From Basidiobolus meristosporus CBS 931.73 (Eukaryota; Fungi; Basidiobolomycota), in assembly GCA_002104905.1 (NCBI GenBank), contig MCFE01000188.1:1-64000 (forward strand): DNA of 64,000 bases, written 5' to 3'. Shown here one piece after another: positions 26,988-38,461 of this stretch (positions are counted from its first letter, which is position 1; every line of letters begins with the position of its first letter). The notes beneath the pieces are model-generated. The model did not search any database. It saw only the letters and a program-made list of their open reading frames with translations, and was not told the origin of the DNA. The position numbers and the translations under genes are program-made.

Positions 26988-27254
26988 GCTATTTTCTCAT
27001 GAGCAATACCCTCACATTGATTATATATGTATTCCAGATGCTCGTAATCCAGCAATAAAGACGATTAAATTAGATCCACGCGAAACCAGCCAATCTGGAG
27101 CAGTACAAATATTTTCTACTGTAACCTCTCTCTATTGGCTCATCTAGGGTAACTGTGGGACATTTTTTTCTTCATCCAATCATTGCTCCTCAAAGCTGGA
27201 TAGGCTATGGCACTCAAAGCTATCGGATTGCTGTCGAGTGCTAGAAACGTGGAC

Positions 27255-28707
27255 ATGATTCATTCCAATAAAGTAAACGTGTTGGCGGGTGTAACAATAC
27301 TAAGCGCTTTTGTGAATACCATTGGTGCCTGTAAGTTGGGTGTTCTCGCTGCTATCCTACGCGTTTTCTAAAACCTCCACTTCTGTAGCTTGCTACTATG
27401 CCACTGATCCGGGTTGGTATGCTACCTCAAAATATCACTACCAGCTAGCAGTGTGCCCCCAGGGGTCTTCAAGTTCCATCCAGAGCACCATAAAATTCCC
27501 GGTTGAATATAAAATAGAAAGTATCCCCGGTGAATGCAACCCGATTGGCAATGGCGGTTTGCAATGCACCAGTTCCGGTGGGTTTCTCTCGTTTGACCTG
27601 TTCACGCCAGGGAATCTCAACGGCCAGCCAAGCGTCACGGTCATTGTCGACAAAGAGGAGTGTAAGTTCGCCACCTCTTGTTCCGCGGTCAGTGGTGATG
27701 GGCACAAGACCAAGTCCGGGATGATTAGTCTGGGACCGTTTGGAACGTATCCTAGAGCAGCAGCCATCGGCGGGTTGTGTGCGTTTTGTTTTGTAGTCCT
27801 TTGCGGAATTGTCTTGGTGTATAGACGGACTAGAATGTATAGGAGTAGGAGCTCCAGCGAACCAGCCCCACGAAGAAACTTCTGGCAAATCATCTGCGGC
27901 AAAACCCACCGAGAAACAGGGAGTAGATTCAAAAAAGCCAATGCTAGCAGCTCAAAAGCAATGCCCTTGAAAACTCACTCCCTCAAGAGGAAAGGCGATC
28001 TGGAGGAGGGAAATCCGGGCGCAGAAAATATCAAGTCGTTTGGGGAATTTTCGGTCAACGAGCTGGGCTCAGGCCTGAAAACCATCCCAAAAGCATCGGT
28101 AATAGCTAGCCACAAGGGTACCTCGACTGTAGACCGGTCAAACTCTCGTCGTGAGCCCCCATCAACTACCCGTTTGAAGTCTACAAAGCGCACTCGGCCC
28201 GAATCCGATCAACATCGCAATCACAACGAGACAACGGGTAGATCCAAGAACAAGGAATCCGTGTCGAACAGCAAGCCTGGACGAGCGAAGGATATATCAA
28301 AAAATTCGTCCGATACTAAGCCTCAAGCTCACTCTCATGCTCCAAAGCAAGGCGACGAACGAAAACATCGCACTGCTACTGCGAGAGAGGAAGAGATTGG
28401 TTCGGCTCCGAAGACTGCGAAACAATCCTCCAAAGCTTATGATCCGGACAACGTTCCTCTTGGGGCTCTTAAGTCAAAGTCTAAATCCCACACAGCTGCA
28501 GAAGAAGAATCCTCCTCTAACCAGGACGACACTCCACTTGGATTGTTACGACGGAACAAAACCCTTCATGTGGCCAACAGTTCAAGCAAGACCGACAATC
28601 CTCCGTTGAGAAAAGCACAAAGTGCCCGAGAACAAGCTAACCATCCTCGTAGCCGTGACTCGAGATCGGCAAATAAAACCACCAAGAGAGAGGGTGGTGG
28701 GGATTAG
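27255..28707 (+). CDS. Uncharacterised type I membrane protein (signal peptide, small 6-Cys ectodomain, one TM, long basic disordered tail)
   Basis: The intron at 27331-27388 (GTAAGT..CTGTAG) joins MIHSNKVNVLAGVTILSAFVNTIGA to SCYYATDP. TM is AAAIGGLCAFCFVVLCGIVLVY followed by RRTR. An alternative in-frame ATG lies at 27207. Confidence 0.75.
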
Positions 28708-28763
28708 CTCCAATCCAGTCAAATCCCAGTACCCAGAGCATTCATTAAAGTGTATTCACATAA

Positions 28764-28800
28764 CATAACGTAAACCATAACGTAAACCATAACGTAAACC
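28764..28800 (+). repeat. Tandem repeat (CATAACGTAAAC)x3
   Basis: Read directly, downstream of the membrane-protein stop codon. Confidence 0.85.
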
Positions 28801-28947
28801 AAATAATAATAATATTATGTTGACTGAAACTACGTAATTTGATGAGTTTCTTATCTACGGATGATTCCACCAACAGGATTTCTTTTCCTCAGTCACGGTT
28901 TGATACAGATACGAGTCCCTTCTCGCTGAGAGCGTAACGTCCCTCTG

Positions 28948-31900
28948 ATGAATACGAAAGCGGTGAATAGCGCGGGTCCTTCCGCGCCGAACAAAGCTCC
29001 AGAGGAACCCTGGATAAAAGTGTACAAGAAATACATTCTTGTGATTGCGTTGTGTATATGGATTTTATTGACTCATATCGGCGGGATATACTTGTTCACT
29101 CGCGGCTTCTTGCTTAGTCGAAAGATTCTAGAGAACAAGAGTGAATGTGAGGTTTCCCCCCTCACCGGGCCCTCCTCTGACATGGCTAATCCCGAAGTTT
29201 GCTGGCACAAGCCAGCATTTAAGAAGGCGGTTGTGATTCTTGTGGACGCACTGAGGTTCGATTTTGCGGTTTTTAACGAGACTAACAGCGAGCCCGCCTT
29301 CTACCAGAACAAGCTGCCCATATTAGAGAGATACTTGAGCGAACAACCCGACAACTCTTTCCTTTTCCAATACATTGCCGATCCACCCACCTCGACCCTG
29401 CAAAGACTGCAGGCATTAACCACTGGAAGTCTGCCAACCTTCATCGATGTTGGTAACAACTTTGCCGGCTCGGCCTTACTTGAAGACAACCTTATGGAGC
29501 AATTGAAGAACCAAGGGAAGCGCATTACCTTCATGGGAGATGACACCTGGGTCAGCATCTTCCCCGAGGTGTTCCGACCGAATCACACCTTCCCCTTTCC
29601 CTCATTTAACGTTTTCGACCTGCACACAGTAGATAATGGGATTCTCTCCAGACTGAAGGATACGATCGATGGAGACGAGTGGGACGTGCTTATCGCCCAC
29701 TTTCTGGGAGTTGATCATTGTGGCCATCGGTACGGCCCGAACCACCCATCCATGGGCCAGAAGCTCACCCAAATGAACCAAATGATTGCCACCACTCTGG
29801 AGCAAATTGACGATGAGACCATCGTGCTTATTATGGGGGATCACGGGATGGACGCAAAGGGAGACCATGGCGGAGACAGTCCGTTGGAGGTCGAGTCGAC
29901 ATTGTTTGTACACTTCAAGAACGCGGAGGGGCAGAGACAGCTGTTGAACGAGGTGCATGCGGCCCTCAAGAGCCTGGATGCTCAAGAGGAGGACTGGAGC
30001 TCCTACACACTGGACTATGATCGGCCACATCGCACAATCCCCCAAATCGACTTTGTGCCTACGCTCTCCCTCCTTCTGGGGATCCCTATTCCTTTCAACA
30101 ATCTCGGAACGGTGATCCCCGAGCTGTTTGTGCATTCGGAGGATGGCTCCGTTGGCCAAGGGCTGGCGAACCTGCTAGAGGTCACGCAGGTCAACGCACA
30201 CCAAGTGTATCAGTATGTCCATGAATACGCCCGCTTCTCGGCCGCATTCTCGTCTGACGTCCTCGGCGAGTTAGACACCCTGTTCAAGAACGCCGAGGCT
30301 GCTTACGCGAAGTTGGGCCAGGGCGCAATCACCGCTGACGATTTCCGGAGCGTCTTTGTGCTCTACCACATGTTTCTTCGGTTCACTCTCAAAGCCTGTC
30401 GTCATATCTGGGCTCAGTTCGACCTCACGCTAATTTCAATCGGGGTCGGGGTTCTCTTGGGCGGGCTTGCGTGTATATTTATGCAGCTCCGTCGCAACGC
30501 TAGCCGCTCGATCTTCGAGGTCCAGAGAGGGACCCTCATCAACGTAGGTCTGGGCGCCTTTGCCGGTCTGTTTCTAGGGGCGGCGGGATTCTTGAGGTCG
30601 GTGCCCTTCCTTGCGACCGATCTGGACATCTCGGTGGGCGACTATTCGCTGATGGGCGCATGCTTCGGCTCGATACTCGGCTATCTATTCGACCTTGCGG
30701 TTGCCGGTTTCCCGGTGCAACTCACGCTGCCCACCTCTGCCACCTTCATTGGGCTGGTGTTCGCCGTGGCCCAGTGTCTGTTCTATACATCCAACAGCTA
30801 CATTGTTCAGGAGGACAAGATCATCCTGGCTATGCTGCAGACGTTCGGAGCAATCGTGCTGTTTCGCGCCTTCTCGATCAACGATGTAGAATCCCGCCTG
30901 AGGCTGATCTTGTTCTCCACCACATTCCTGATCATCAACAGAATTACCGGATATTCCACCATCTGTCGCGAGGAGCAGGCGCCTTATTGCGTAGCAACAT
31001 TCTATTCCGAAGAGACCTCCACCGTGTCCTCGCCCCTGGTGATTGCCATCCACTTTGCGTTTTCAGTCGTAGTCCCGTACATCTTCAAGGAGATCTACAA
31101 CCGCACCAGGAACTTCAACGACACCGCGGTCATCTGGCTGAGCTACGGTCTGCGCTGCGGCCTGCTGATCTCGTCGACATACTGGGCATTGGAGACGGCC
31201 GAGACTGCCAGTGGCACCAGCTATGCCTTCTTGAAGCTGCTCACCATTCGGTTTGGATTTGGCATCGCGCTGGTGGTTGGCGTTAGTTGCTGGTACACCA
31301 ACCCAGTGTGTGTGGATGTCAAGGTGATCAACACCCCCACTGAATCGGGCGCGCCAAACCGGACAGTGGTGGTGTTCGGATACTCCAACGCTTTCGGAAC
31401 GGCGTACTTCCTCTTCGTCACTGTTGTCTATCTCTTCCTTGTGATGGTGCAGCGACCCATGGGCGGCATCATGCTTGGTTTGGCCATGGTCCAGCTTGTC
31501 TGCACCTTAGAGATCTTCGATCTGGCTCGTGACCACAAAATCTTGAGTGGATCGGACATGAGCCACCCACTTCCATACCCAGGCTTCCTGGAGGCATGCA
31601 TCTTTGGCTTGCTAGGGCTCCTCTACTTCTACGCCACCGGCCACCAAGCCACCCTACCATCTATCCAATGGTCCATCGCACTGGTCGGTCTGAATGAGGT
31701 CAACTACTTCATCTCGCCAATCCTGGTGTTCTGCAACACGTTTGCCGCGCCCATCCTGTTCTCCCTCGCCGCCCCGTTGGTGGTTTTCTGGAAGGTGCCC
31801 CCGAACACCAAGACCACGCTGGCGTTCTTCAGCACCCTTGGCAGACTTGTTTTCCATCACTTCCTCTACATGAACCTGGTCACCCTGGCCATGGTTGTTG

Positions 31901-32079
31901 CCGTCGCTTGCTTCCGAAGACACCTGATGGTCTGGAAAGTGTTCGCCCCGAGGTTTATGCTCGCCGGCGTGACCCTGATCACGTGGGAGGTGGTGTTGGT
32001 GGTGCTTGGCCTCGTCTTTGTGGGCTACAAAACTCTGAACGAGGTGCGAACCTTCTTCGGTGTGAGCGGCTATCAATAA
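28948..32079 (+). CDS. GPI13: GPI ethanolamine phosphate transferase 3 (PIG-O), 1043 aa, intronless
   Basis: IYLFTRGFLLSR, DALRFDF, ADPPTSTLQRL..LTTGSLPTF, GDDTW, FDLHTVDNG, HFLGVDHCGH, GDHGM..GDHGG, QIDFVPTLSLLLG.PIPFNNLG, RRHLMVWKVFAPRF. Confidence 0.96.
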   Translation: MNTKAVNSAGPSAPNKAPEEPWIKVYKKYILVIALCIWILLTHIGGIYLFTRGFLLSRKILENKSECEVSPLTGPSSDMANPEVCWHKPAFKKAVVILVDALRFDFAVFNETNSEPAFYQNKLPILERYLSEQPDNSFLFQYIADPPTSTLQRLQALTTGSLPTFIDVGNNFAGSALLEDNLMEQLKNQGKRITFMGDDTWVSIFPEVFRPNHTFPFPSFNVFDLHTVDNGILSRLKDTIDGDEWDVLIAHFLGVDHCGHRYGPNHPSMGQKLTQMNQMIATTLEQIDDETIVLIMGDHGMDAKGDHGGDSPLEVESTLFVHFKNAEGQRQLLNEVHAALKSLDAQEEDWSSYTLDYDRPHRTIPQIDFVPTLSLLLGIPIPFNNLGTVIPELFVHSEDGSVGQGLANLLEVTQVNAHQVYQYVHEYARFSAAFSSDVLGELDTLFKNAEAAYAKLGQGAITADDFRSVFVLYHMFLRFTLKACRHIWAQFDLTLISIGVGVLLGGLACIFMQLRRNASRSIFEVQRGTLINVGLGAFAGLFLGAAGFLRSVPFLATDLDISVGDYSLMGACFGSILGYLFDLAVAGFPVQLTLPTSATFIGLVFAVAQCLFYTSNSYIVQEDKIILAMLQTFGAIVLFRAFSINDVESRLRLILFSTTFLIINRITGYSTICREEQAPYCVATFYSEETSTVSSPLVIAIHFAFSVVVPYIFKEIYNRTRNFNDTAVIWLSYGLRCGLLISSTYWALETAETASGTSYAFLKLLTIRFGFGIALVVGVSCWYTNPVCVDVKVINTPTESGAPNRTVVVFGYSNAFGTAYFLFVTVVYLFLVMVQRPMGGIMLGLAMVQLVCTLEIFDLARDHKILSGSDMSHPLPYPGFLEACIFGLLGLLYFYATGHQATLPSIQWSIALVGLNEVNYFISPILVFCNTFAAPILFSLAAPLVVFWKVPPNTKTTLAFFSTLGRLVFHHFLYMNLVTLAMVVAVACFRRHLMVWKVFAPRFMLAGVTLITWEVVLVVLGLVFVGYKTLNEVRTFFGVSGYQ

Positions 32080-32596
32080 CAACTGTTGTGCATTCAGTGT
32101 ACATTAATAAAATAGATTTCTCAATTCATGCTGATTCCCATATGTGCCCACTCAGCTCCCTGTACTAATGTATGCAGCAGTGTTATTGAGCAGATGTGCG
32201 GTTGGCAGGCGAGGACATCATGCGAATGGTGGGACATGACTGGCTCCGACTTTATCGGTTGATCGATCACACACGATGAATCGAACGTTGATCGATTCGT
32301 CGGAAGGATTGCACATGCATTGTCAATGTTTGGCGAACGAACAGGAATAATATACGGAATGTGTTCTTTTTGAAGCTTGTCCCTTGAGTGTTTGAGCTGT
32401 ACAGTGGTGAAGAAATGCCAAATTTCTTGATTTGTTAATCTTCCATAATCGTAAAGATTTCCCCATCTCAATTATTCTCACTCAAGCGATTCTTCGTAAT
32501 ACAGTGCCTACTTCTCATAGCTACTTTCGTGCCCCCCTCTACGTACAAACCTATCGTATATACCTAGCCCAGTGTGTGTAGATCGCTCAGACTCGG

Positions 32597-35500
32597 ATGC
32601 AAATGTCTGCGCCCTTCGAGCTAGACGACTTTCTCTCAAACCTGAAAAACCCTGGTATGCTAGCGATGTTCTTGAACTGTCCATAGCCTTGCTCATGCTC
32701 ATGCTCCTTACCTTGTTTCCAAACACTGGCCATACCCATCAGTCCTTGATAAGAAGATCTCAGCACTCTCCACTTTTGAACAAGCCAGCCGTGACTCAAA
32801 ACAAGAGTACGAGGTATGTGGTGCAATAAAATGCTTTGGTTCACCGGTGGTCTAAGTGCAGGCCGTTGTTTTCCTTTAGTCTAAGCAACTCGATGAGGCA
32901 GTCCAGGTGCTAATTCATACGGTGAAGTCCCCGCAAATGAATCTATGTCTTGCGGGGCTCGCCGCTGCTGGGGCCCTTCTGTATCAGTTCGAAGTTTATC
33001 ACCCGACGCTTTTGAAGCCCTATGCACCCCTACTCTTCCCCCATCTCCTTGATCGCCTTGGCGATTCAAAGGAAAAGGTCAGAGAAGGGGCGCTTACTGA
33101 GCTGGTCAACTTGTGGAGGTTGACCGGTGCCTCCCCTGACATTCAGAGCACTCCGCAGAAAGCTCAAAGCAAAGCCACCACCGCTGTCGGGGTTTACTTT
33201 GAAAAAGAAATGAAAGCTCATGGATTCAATCATAAGACTTGGAGAGTGCGGGAGCAAGTAAGTTGCTTTTGGGTTCGAAAGTGAGCAAAGATTGCTAACT
33301 AGACCGATCTTCACTGGCTCTAGGTACTGTCATGGGTGGTGCAATGTGTCAAAACGGTTCCCGACTTCAGTCTCAAGCCGTATGTTCCCTTCATCGTGAA
33401 GCTTCTTGAGGACTCGCATGACCTGGTTCGAGAAGCCAGCAAAGAGACTTTAGTGACATTGTTTTCGTAAGCATCGCCCTACTACTATTCACTAGAACAC
33501 CCCAGCTAACCAGACACGAACTCTGCTCTTCACAGCTCGAGCTCCCAGCGGATGCGACATGATCTTGCCAAAGAACTCCAGAAAAACAACATCCGCGGCA
33601 CCATAGTTGATAGTATTTTGGGGAAAATTGAAGCCAACTCCAAAGTGATGGATTCCTCGTGCCAGGCTATCGAGACAGAGCAAGAGCCGCTTCAGAATCC
33701 TGCCCCTGATGACGGTATCGAACAAGAAAAGTGGGAGATCGGCTCGCATTCGACCACGACAGAGAGTGATTCCTTGCCACCACCCCATAGCAAAGAGCAT
33801 CCCGAGCCTAGCAGAGCACCCCAATCGACGGACGACGACGTCGATGTAGTGCATGTGTACAACTCCAAGGATCTTGAAAACGAGTTCTCTAACCTTGCAA
33901 CGGTTTTCAAAGGAAAAGAGACGGAAGATAACTGGGAGTCGAGAGATCGTGCTTGGCAAAGACTTCGAGGAATTATTCGAAGCGACGCACCCTCCAGATA
34001 CCAAAGCACCATGACCGGCGGCCTACGAAACAGCATGACGCTGATCCTAGACACTCTGCATAGTCTTCGGACGTCGTTGGCGTTGTCGACGCTCAATCTC
34101 GTCAAAGATCTGGCGGTGTTCTTGGGATCCATGTTGGATCCACACTTGGACCAGCTCCTTGCAAATCTTCTGAAGCTGAATACGCAGACCAAGAAATTGG
34201 TCGCGCAGGCCTCATTCGAAACCACCTGCGTAGTGCTTCGTATGACCTCGTACAATCATCGCACCACAAACACGATCACCATGGCAATGGGTGACAAGAA
34301 TGTGCAGCTTCGTGGGTTTGTTATCGGATACGTCAAGGTGCTTTTGGAGGCGTTCGGCGGCAGAAAGGAGGTGTTCGAAAAGAGCCATGGCGTTGATTCG
34401 ATCGAGAATTGTATACGCAAAGGTGTAAGCGATGCCAATCCTCAGGTGCGGGAAAGCAGCCGTGAGCTGTTCTGGGTGTTTTGGGAGCTGTGGAGGGGCA
34501 AAGGTGAGGCCCTAAAGAAATCCTTCGACCCCAGCACTCAGAAGCAGTTGATGCGTCTACGAGGCCACGAGGCGGTTGATGTCTCCAGATCCCAGACCCC
34601 GTCGATATCGGTTCAGAACCAGAGCTCCCGCACCAGATCCGGTCCTCGAATTGACATCACATCGCATGATGCCAAAGGCCCTGCCAAACGTAAAGCCAAC
34701 CAGAATGGTGGCCTCTCCCTGCCAAAGAGCCCGCTGCCCTCCAAATTGCCCTCCCCCACCAACATGAGCATCCCTCGCCTGGCCTCTCACGATGGCACAA
34801 CTCTATCCAGTCGCTCTGCCGAGAACAGCCTGACGTCCCCACAGCTTCATCCTAGGAGCATGTCTTCAATGTCGTTCAACAGAAGATGCGTTTCTCCAAA
34901 GCCTACCTCCCCTACTGTTGCCTCTCGCAGGGCTCAAACACCATCACTCTCTCCCCCATCCACCCATAGGCTGAGGGCAAAAACTCCCACCCTATCACCC
35001 CCAAGCGCCTTGAGGACTCTACGCTCCAGCACTCCCACGCTGACTCCACCCCGCAACACAGCTCGACCTCGTTCTCCTGGTGTAGCTTCACCAGTTGTAT
35101 CAGGCAGACGAACCCCTGGGATACCCTCACCAAGTCGACCACATACCCCTCACATATCTGGGCAGCGACCTGGCTCAACCAGGCCAATGACCCCTGGAAG
35201 CGTAGGAGTCGGGCCAAACCACAATCGGCCCAATACCCCGCAAAGCTCGTTATACGGGCGCTCGAGCACGCCTTTTAAGCTAGTGTCCCCTACCATCTCC
35301 ACCAAATCCAAACTTCCAAAACCTACCACGATTGCTCGTCCCGGAACCGTGTTCTCAAGACCCACCACCCCACAGACACTCCACCCATCCCCTCCGCCGT
35401 CGTCCACAGGATCATCATCTCCCCGTAGACGATTCGGAGCAGCAATACCCAGTCGTCTCGACTACCAATTGCGGAAGCTCTCGGTGATGGAGCAGTTGAA

Positions 35501-37787
35501 ACATAGTGACCATACCATCAGGACTGCGGGTATCAACAATCTGTATCACATGTATACTTCATCCCCCACCTCGACCGATACCACCCTGCCACCTGGAAAC
35601 AGCAAGTCACTGCCATCGCCACGGGTGCTCGCCCCTATTCTGCTGAGTCTGTTCAGCGACACACACCCCAAGGTAGTTGCGCAGCTTGTTAGGACAGAGG
35701 TGATGGATGTGATGACCCGGATCATTCCGCTAGAACAGCTCTTCCTGGCAGTTCTCAGCCAGAGCTTGTCTCTCTCCACGAACGATGACACCCAGATCAA
35801 CCACCCTGCCCTTCCCATGCTCAAAGCGATCGTGCCAGAAGACAGGGCCCTTGATATCCTGTGCATGACCCTTCAGATTCTCAAAACCCCTGGTGGTCTG
35901 CGGAACTCATCTCCCGCCCTAAGCAACATGACCACCGCAGAAAGGAAGAAGAGCGTGATACGTGTTCTGACCTGGATGGGGGAGATTGCTGAGCACGCGT
36001 TGATCTGGCAGAACGACCATATGCACGATGACGACGACGACGAAAGCGTCTTCCGAGACAAAACCAGCATCGGGGAAAAGGCCTACCTCTACTTCTCACA
36101 GGAGAAGAATATGCGCCACTACCTTTCCCGCATGCTTCCCTATCTAGGCTCCGTCCCTCCTACCGCCGCCACCTACCCACTGCTGATCGAGCTGATCAGG
36201 AAGCTGATGCAACTGGCACCGGACGTCTACTCCCAGTCCCTGATGGAATGCGAGCCACTGGTCGTCGACAAGCTAGAGATAGTGTTTGGCGACTCCACGC
36301 TGTACCCCGATCAAGACGCCTATCAAGGGAATGCTGGCATCAACATTGACGGTGGCTTCGTAACAGGGGCGGATGGTAAAGTGGAGGAGGTCGGCGACGA
36401 CAACTTGCTTGGCCTACGAAACTTTGTGCACGACCAGGACGCGCAACGCATCACCACCACCTCCAACATGCTCGCCAATCGTTTGGACGCAATCAAGCTG
36501 GTAACGATATCACTGGTTGCTGTAGCGGATCCGAACCGGCCACTTATCACCCTTTTCACCTGTAGGAATTGGAACGGGATGAGGATCAGTTCGCCTTGGC
36601 TCTTGAGGACCGCATGTCGTCATCCTCCAACGAGCTGGATTACTTTGGCAGCCCCACCAAGAGTATCCCCCAACCAACCCCAATGGCCGACTCCATCCCA
36701 ACCTACAGTCGCAAGTTGAGCGCATTCAGACCGCCAGATGAAGGTTAGTCATGGATACCATCTAAGCCACCGTGCGCAGCTGACCAATCTCTGTATATGA
36801 ACAGGCGCCACCACGCCCTTTCCACCATCGCTTAGCGATCGTTACCAGATGGTTGCTACACTAATTTCTCGTTTAGGAACCGGAAATGCCGACTCGTTCA
36901 CATTTAGAAAGCTCATCCGTGCCTCCAGGGAGACCTCCACCGAGGAAAACCCTAGGGAGGCGCACGAGGTTTGGGGACAGCATGGGATGTTCGACAATGT
37001 CATCACTGCCATCCTCAGCTTTTTGCAGGGCCCATATGTACGCACTACAGTATACACCTTCTCCCCTCGCTTCCTTCTAACCACGAACCCTTTCTAGCAT
37101 CCTGAGCAGAAGGAAAACTGCCTCCTGTTCGTTAAGCACCTGCTTACGAACCAAGCGGCCTTCTTCCAGCCCTACGTACGGGAGATCCTGAACCAACTGA
37201 TGGACTGTAGAGCGAACGAGTGGAACGAGGTAGGCAACCGGCTTTCATAGCGCACCCAGCCCATTCCCGATTAACTCGGTGGTTTTTAGGTTTGCAGCGC
37301 GGCGGAGGATGCTTTAGACACCTTCGTCATGTACATGGAACATCATATAGCATTGGAAGCAACCTCGGAATGGCTGGACAAAGCATTGACTATGGAGGAA
37401 ACCAATCCAGCCGCACACCAGGCCTGGTCTTCAGGGCCCAACCCTCTGGCAACCGCATTCGACATCATCTCTAGATTGATTCGTCGCTATTCCGAAGAGG
37501 AGACATCGAAATTGACGCAAAACGTTATGCCATTGGTTGTGAAGGTTCGCCCTCGTCAGTCGTATTAAATCCCTCACGAAGCTTGCTAACTTTGCGCCTA
37601 CCGTTGCTAGGGATTCCATGACGTTAGGCCGGAGGTGCGGAAGTCGGTGGTGGAGGTGGTTGTCTCGCTCTACGAAATGTGCGACCAGTCCGTGATAGAT
37701 GACTCCGTCATGCCCGACCTCACCTTGTCGCAGAGGAAACTGGTCACATCCTATCTGGAGCTGAGCGGGAGCCATAGGTTTCAATGA
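32597..37787 (+). CDS. STU1: CLASP/Stu1 microtubule-stabilising protein (TOG/HEAT domains, S/P-rich linker, C-terminal domain), about 10 exons
   Basis: HEAT/TOG motifs: LLDRLGDSKEKVRE, LLEDSHDLVREA, FKGKETEDNWESR, LHSLRTSL, GDKNVQLR, GVSDANPQVRESSR; C-terminal GFHDVRPEVRKSVV..QRKLVTSYL. All junctions read as in-frame GT-AG introns. Confidence 0.9.
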
Positions 37788-37964
37788 TTGCCCACCATAT
37801 TGTAACATCCATTATTTCAAACATCAGTCTAACCGTCTGTAGAACAATCAAACCCCCTAATACTCTAACCAGCACCCAATATAATCCCACTTAGAGGACA
37901 TGAATCACCATCTCACCATCAAGCTAATTACCCCAAGTCGCCCCTCCAATCCCAATCAAGTGTC

Positions 37965-37992
37965 CCCTAACCCCAACCCAACCCTAACCCTA
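37965..37992 (+). repeat. Short degenerate interstitial (CCCTAA)-like tract
   Basis: ccctaa ccccaa cccaa ccctaa cccta, intergenic. Confidence 0.5.
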
Positions 37993-38162
37993 GACCAAGA
38001 ACCATTTAGGAATACGATTTGCTCATCAGATTTGTGATGTAAATTACCACATTTGCCCGAAAGTTGCTATTACGAATAAAGTGTCAGCAAACAAGCCAAT
38101 CAGTGGCCGGAATCGCACCAATGTGCAAGCCAAATCGCCAGCCCAATCAAGGGGTGTTGTCA

Positions 38163-38230
38163 TTCAGGAACAAATTAGCCCATTCTTCGGAAATCGTTCA
38201 GGAACAAATTAGCAGATTCTTCGGAAATCA
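38163..38230 (+). promoter_or_regulatory. 34-bp tandem duplication with HSE-like TTCnnGAA cores upstream of HSP110
   Basis: TTCAGGAACAAATTAGCnnATTCTTCGGAAATC occurs twice, with a further TTCTGGAA near 38291. These lie 170-300 bp upstream of the ATG. Confidence 0.6.
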
Positions 38231-38461
38231 GGGGATTCACCCAAATGGAAATCCAAAATTCGGCGAGCACGACTGAAGATTCCTGGTCTTTCTGGAAGGA
38301 TCCAACCCGACGGCGATTATATAGGTGGGGTTCTCTGCCAGGAGATTCCCTCGATCATTCCGCGGTCAACTTTTTTTTCGCCAAGTGGATTTTTTTTCCG
38401 TGTATATTTTCCCCTTGCTTCCGGTCCGTCTTTCCTTTGCTGCGTAGACTCCACTCACATC

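Noticed and set aside
29301-32168. Multiple 60-210 aa ORFs overlapping GPI13
   Set aside because: Shadow ORFs of a GC-rich coding region; no independent motifs.
32121-32471. 116-aa minus-strand ORF and an 11-bp hairpin near 32270-32300
   Set aside because: No homology cues or ncRNA boxes; a single hairpin of this size is expected by chance.
33492-36725. Antisense and alternative-frame ORFs over CLASP
   Set aside because: Shadows of the long CLASP exon; low-complexity translations.
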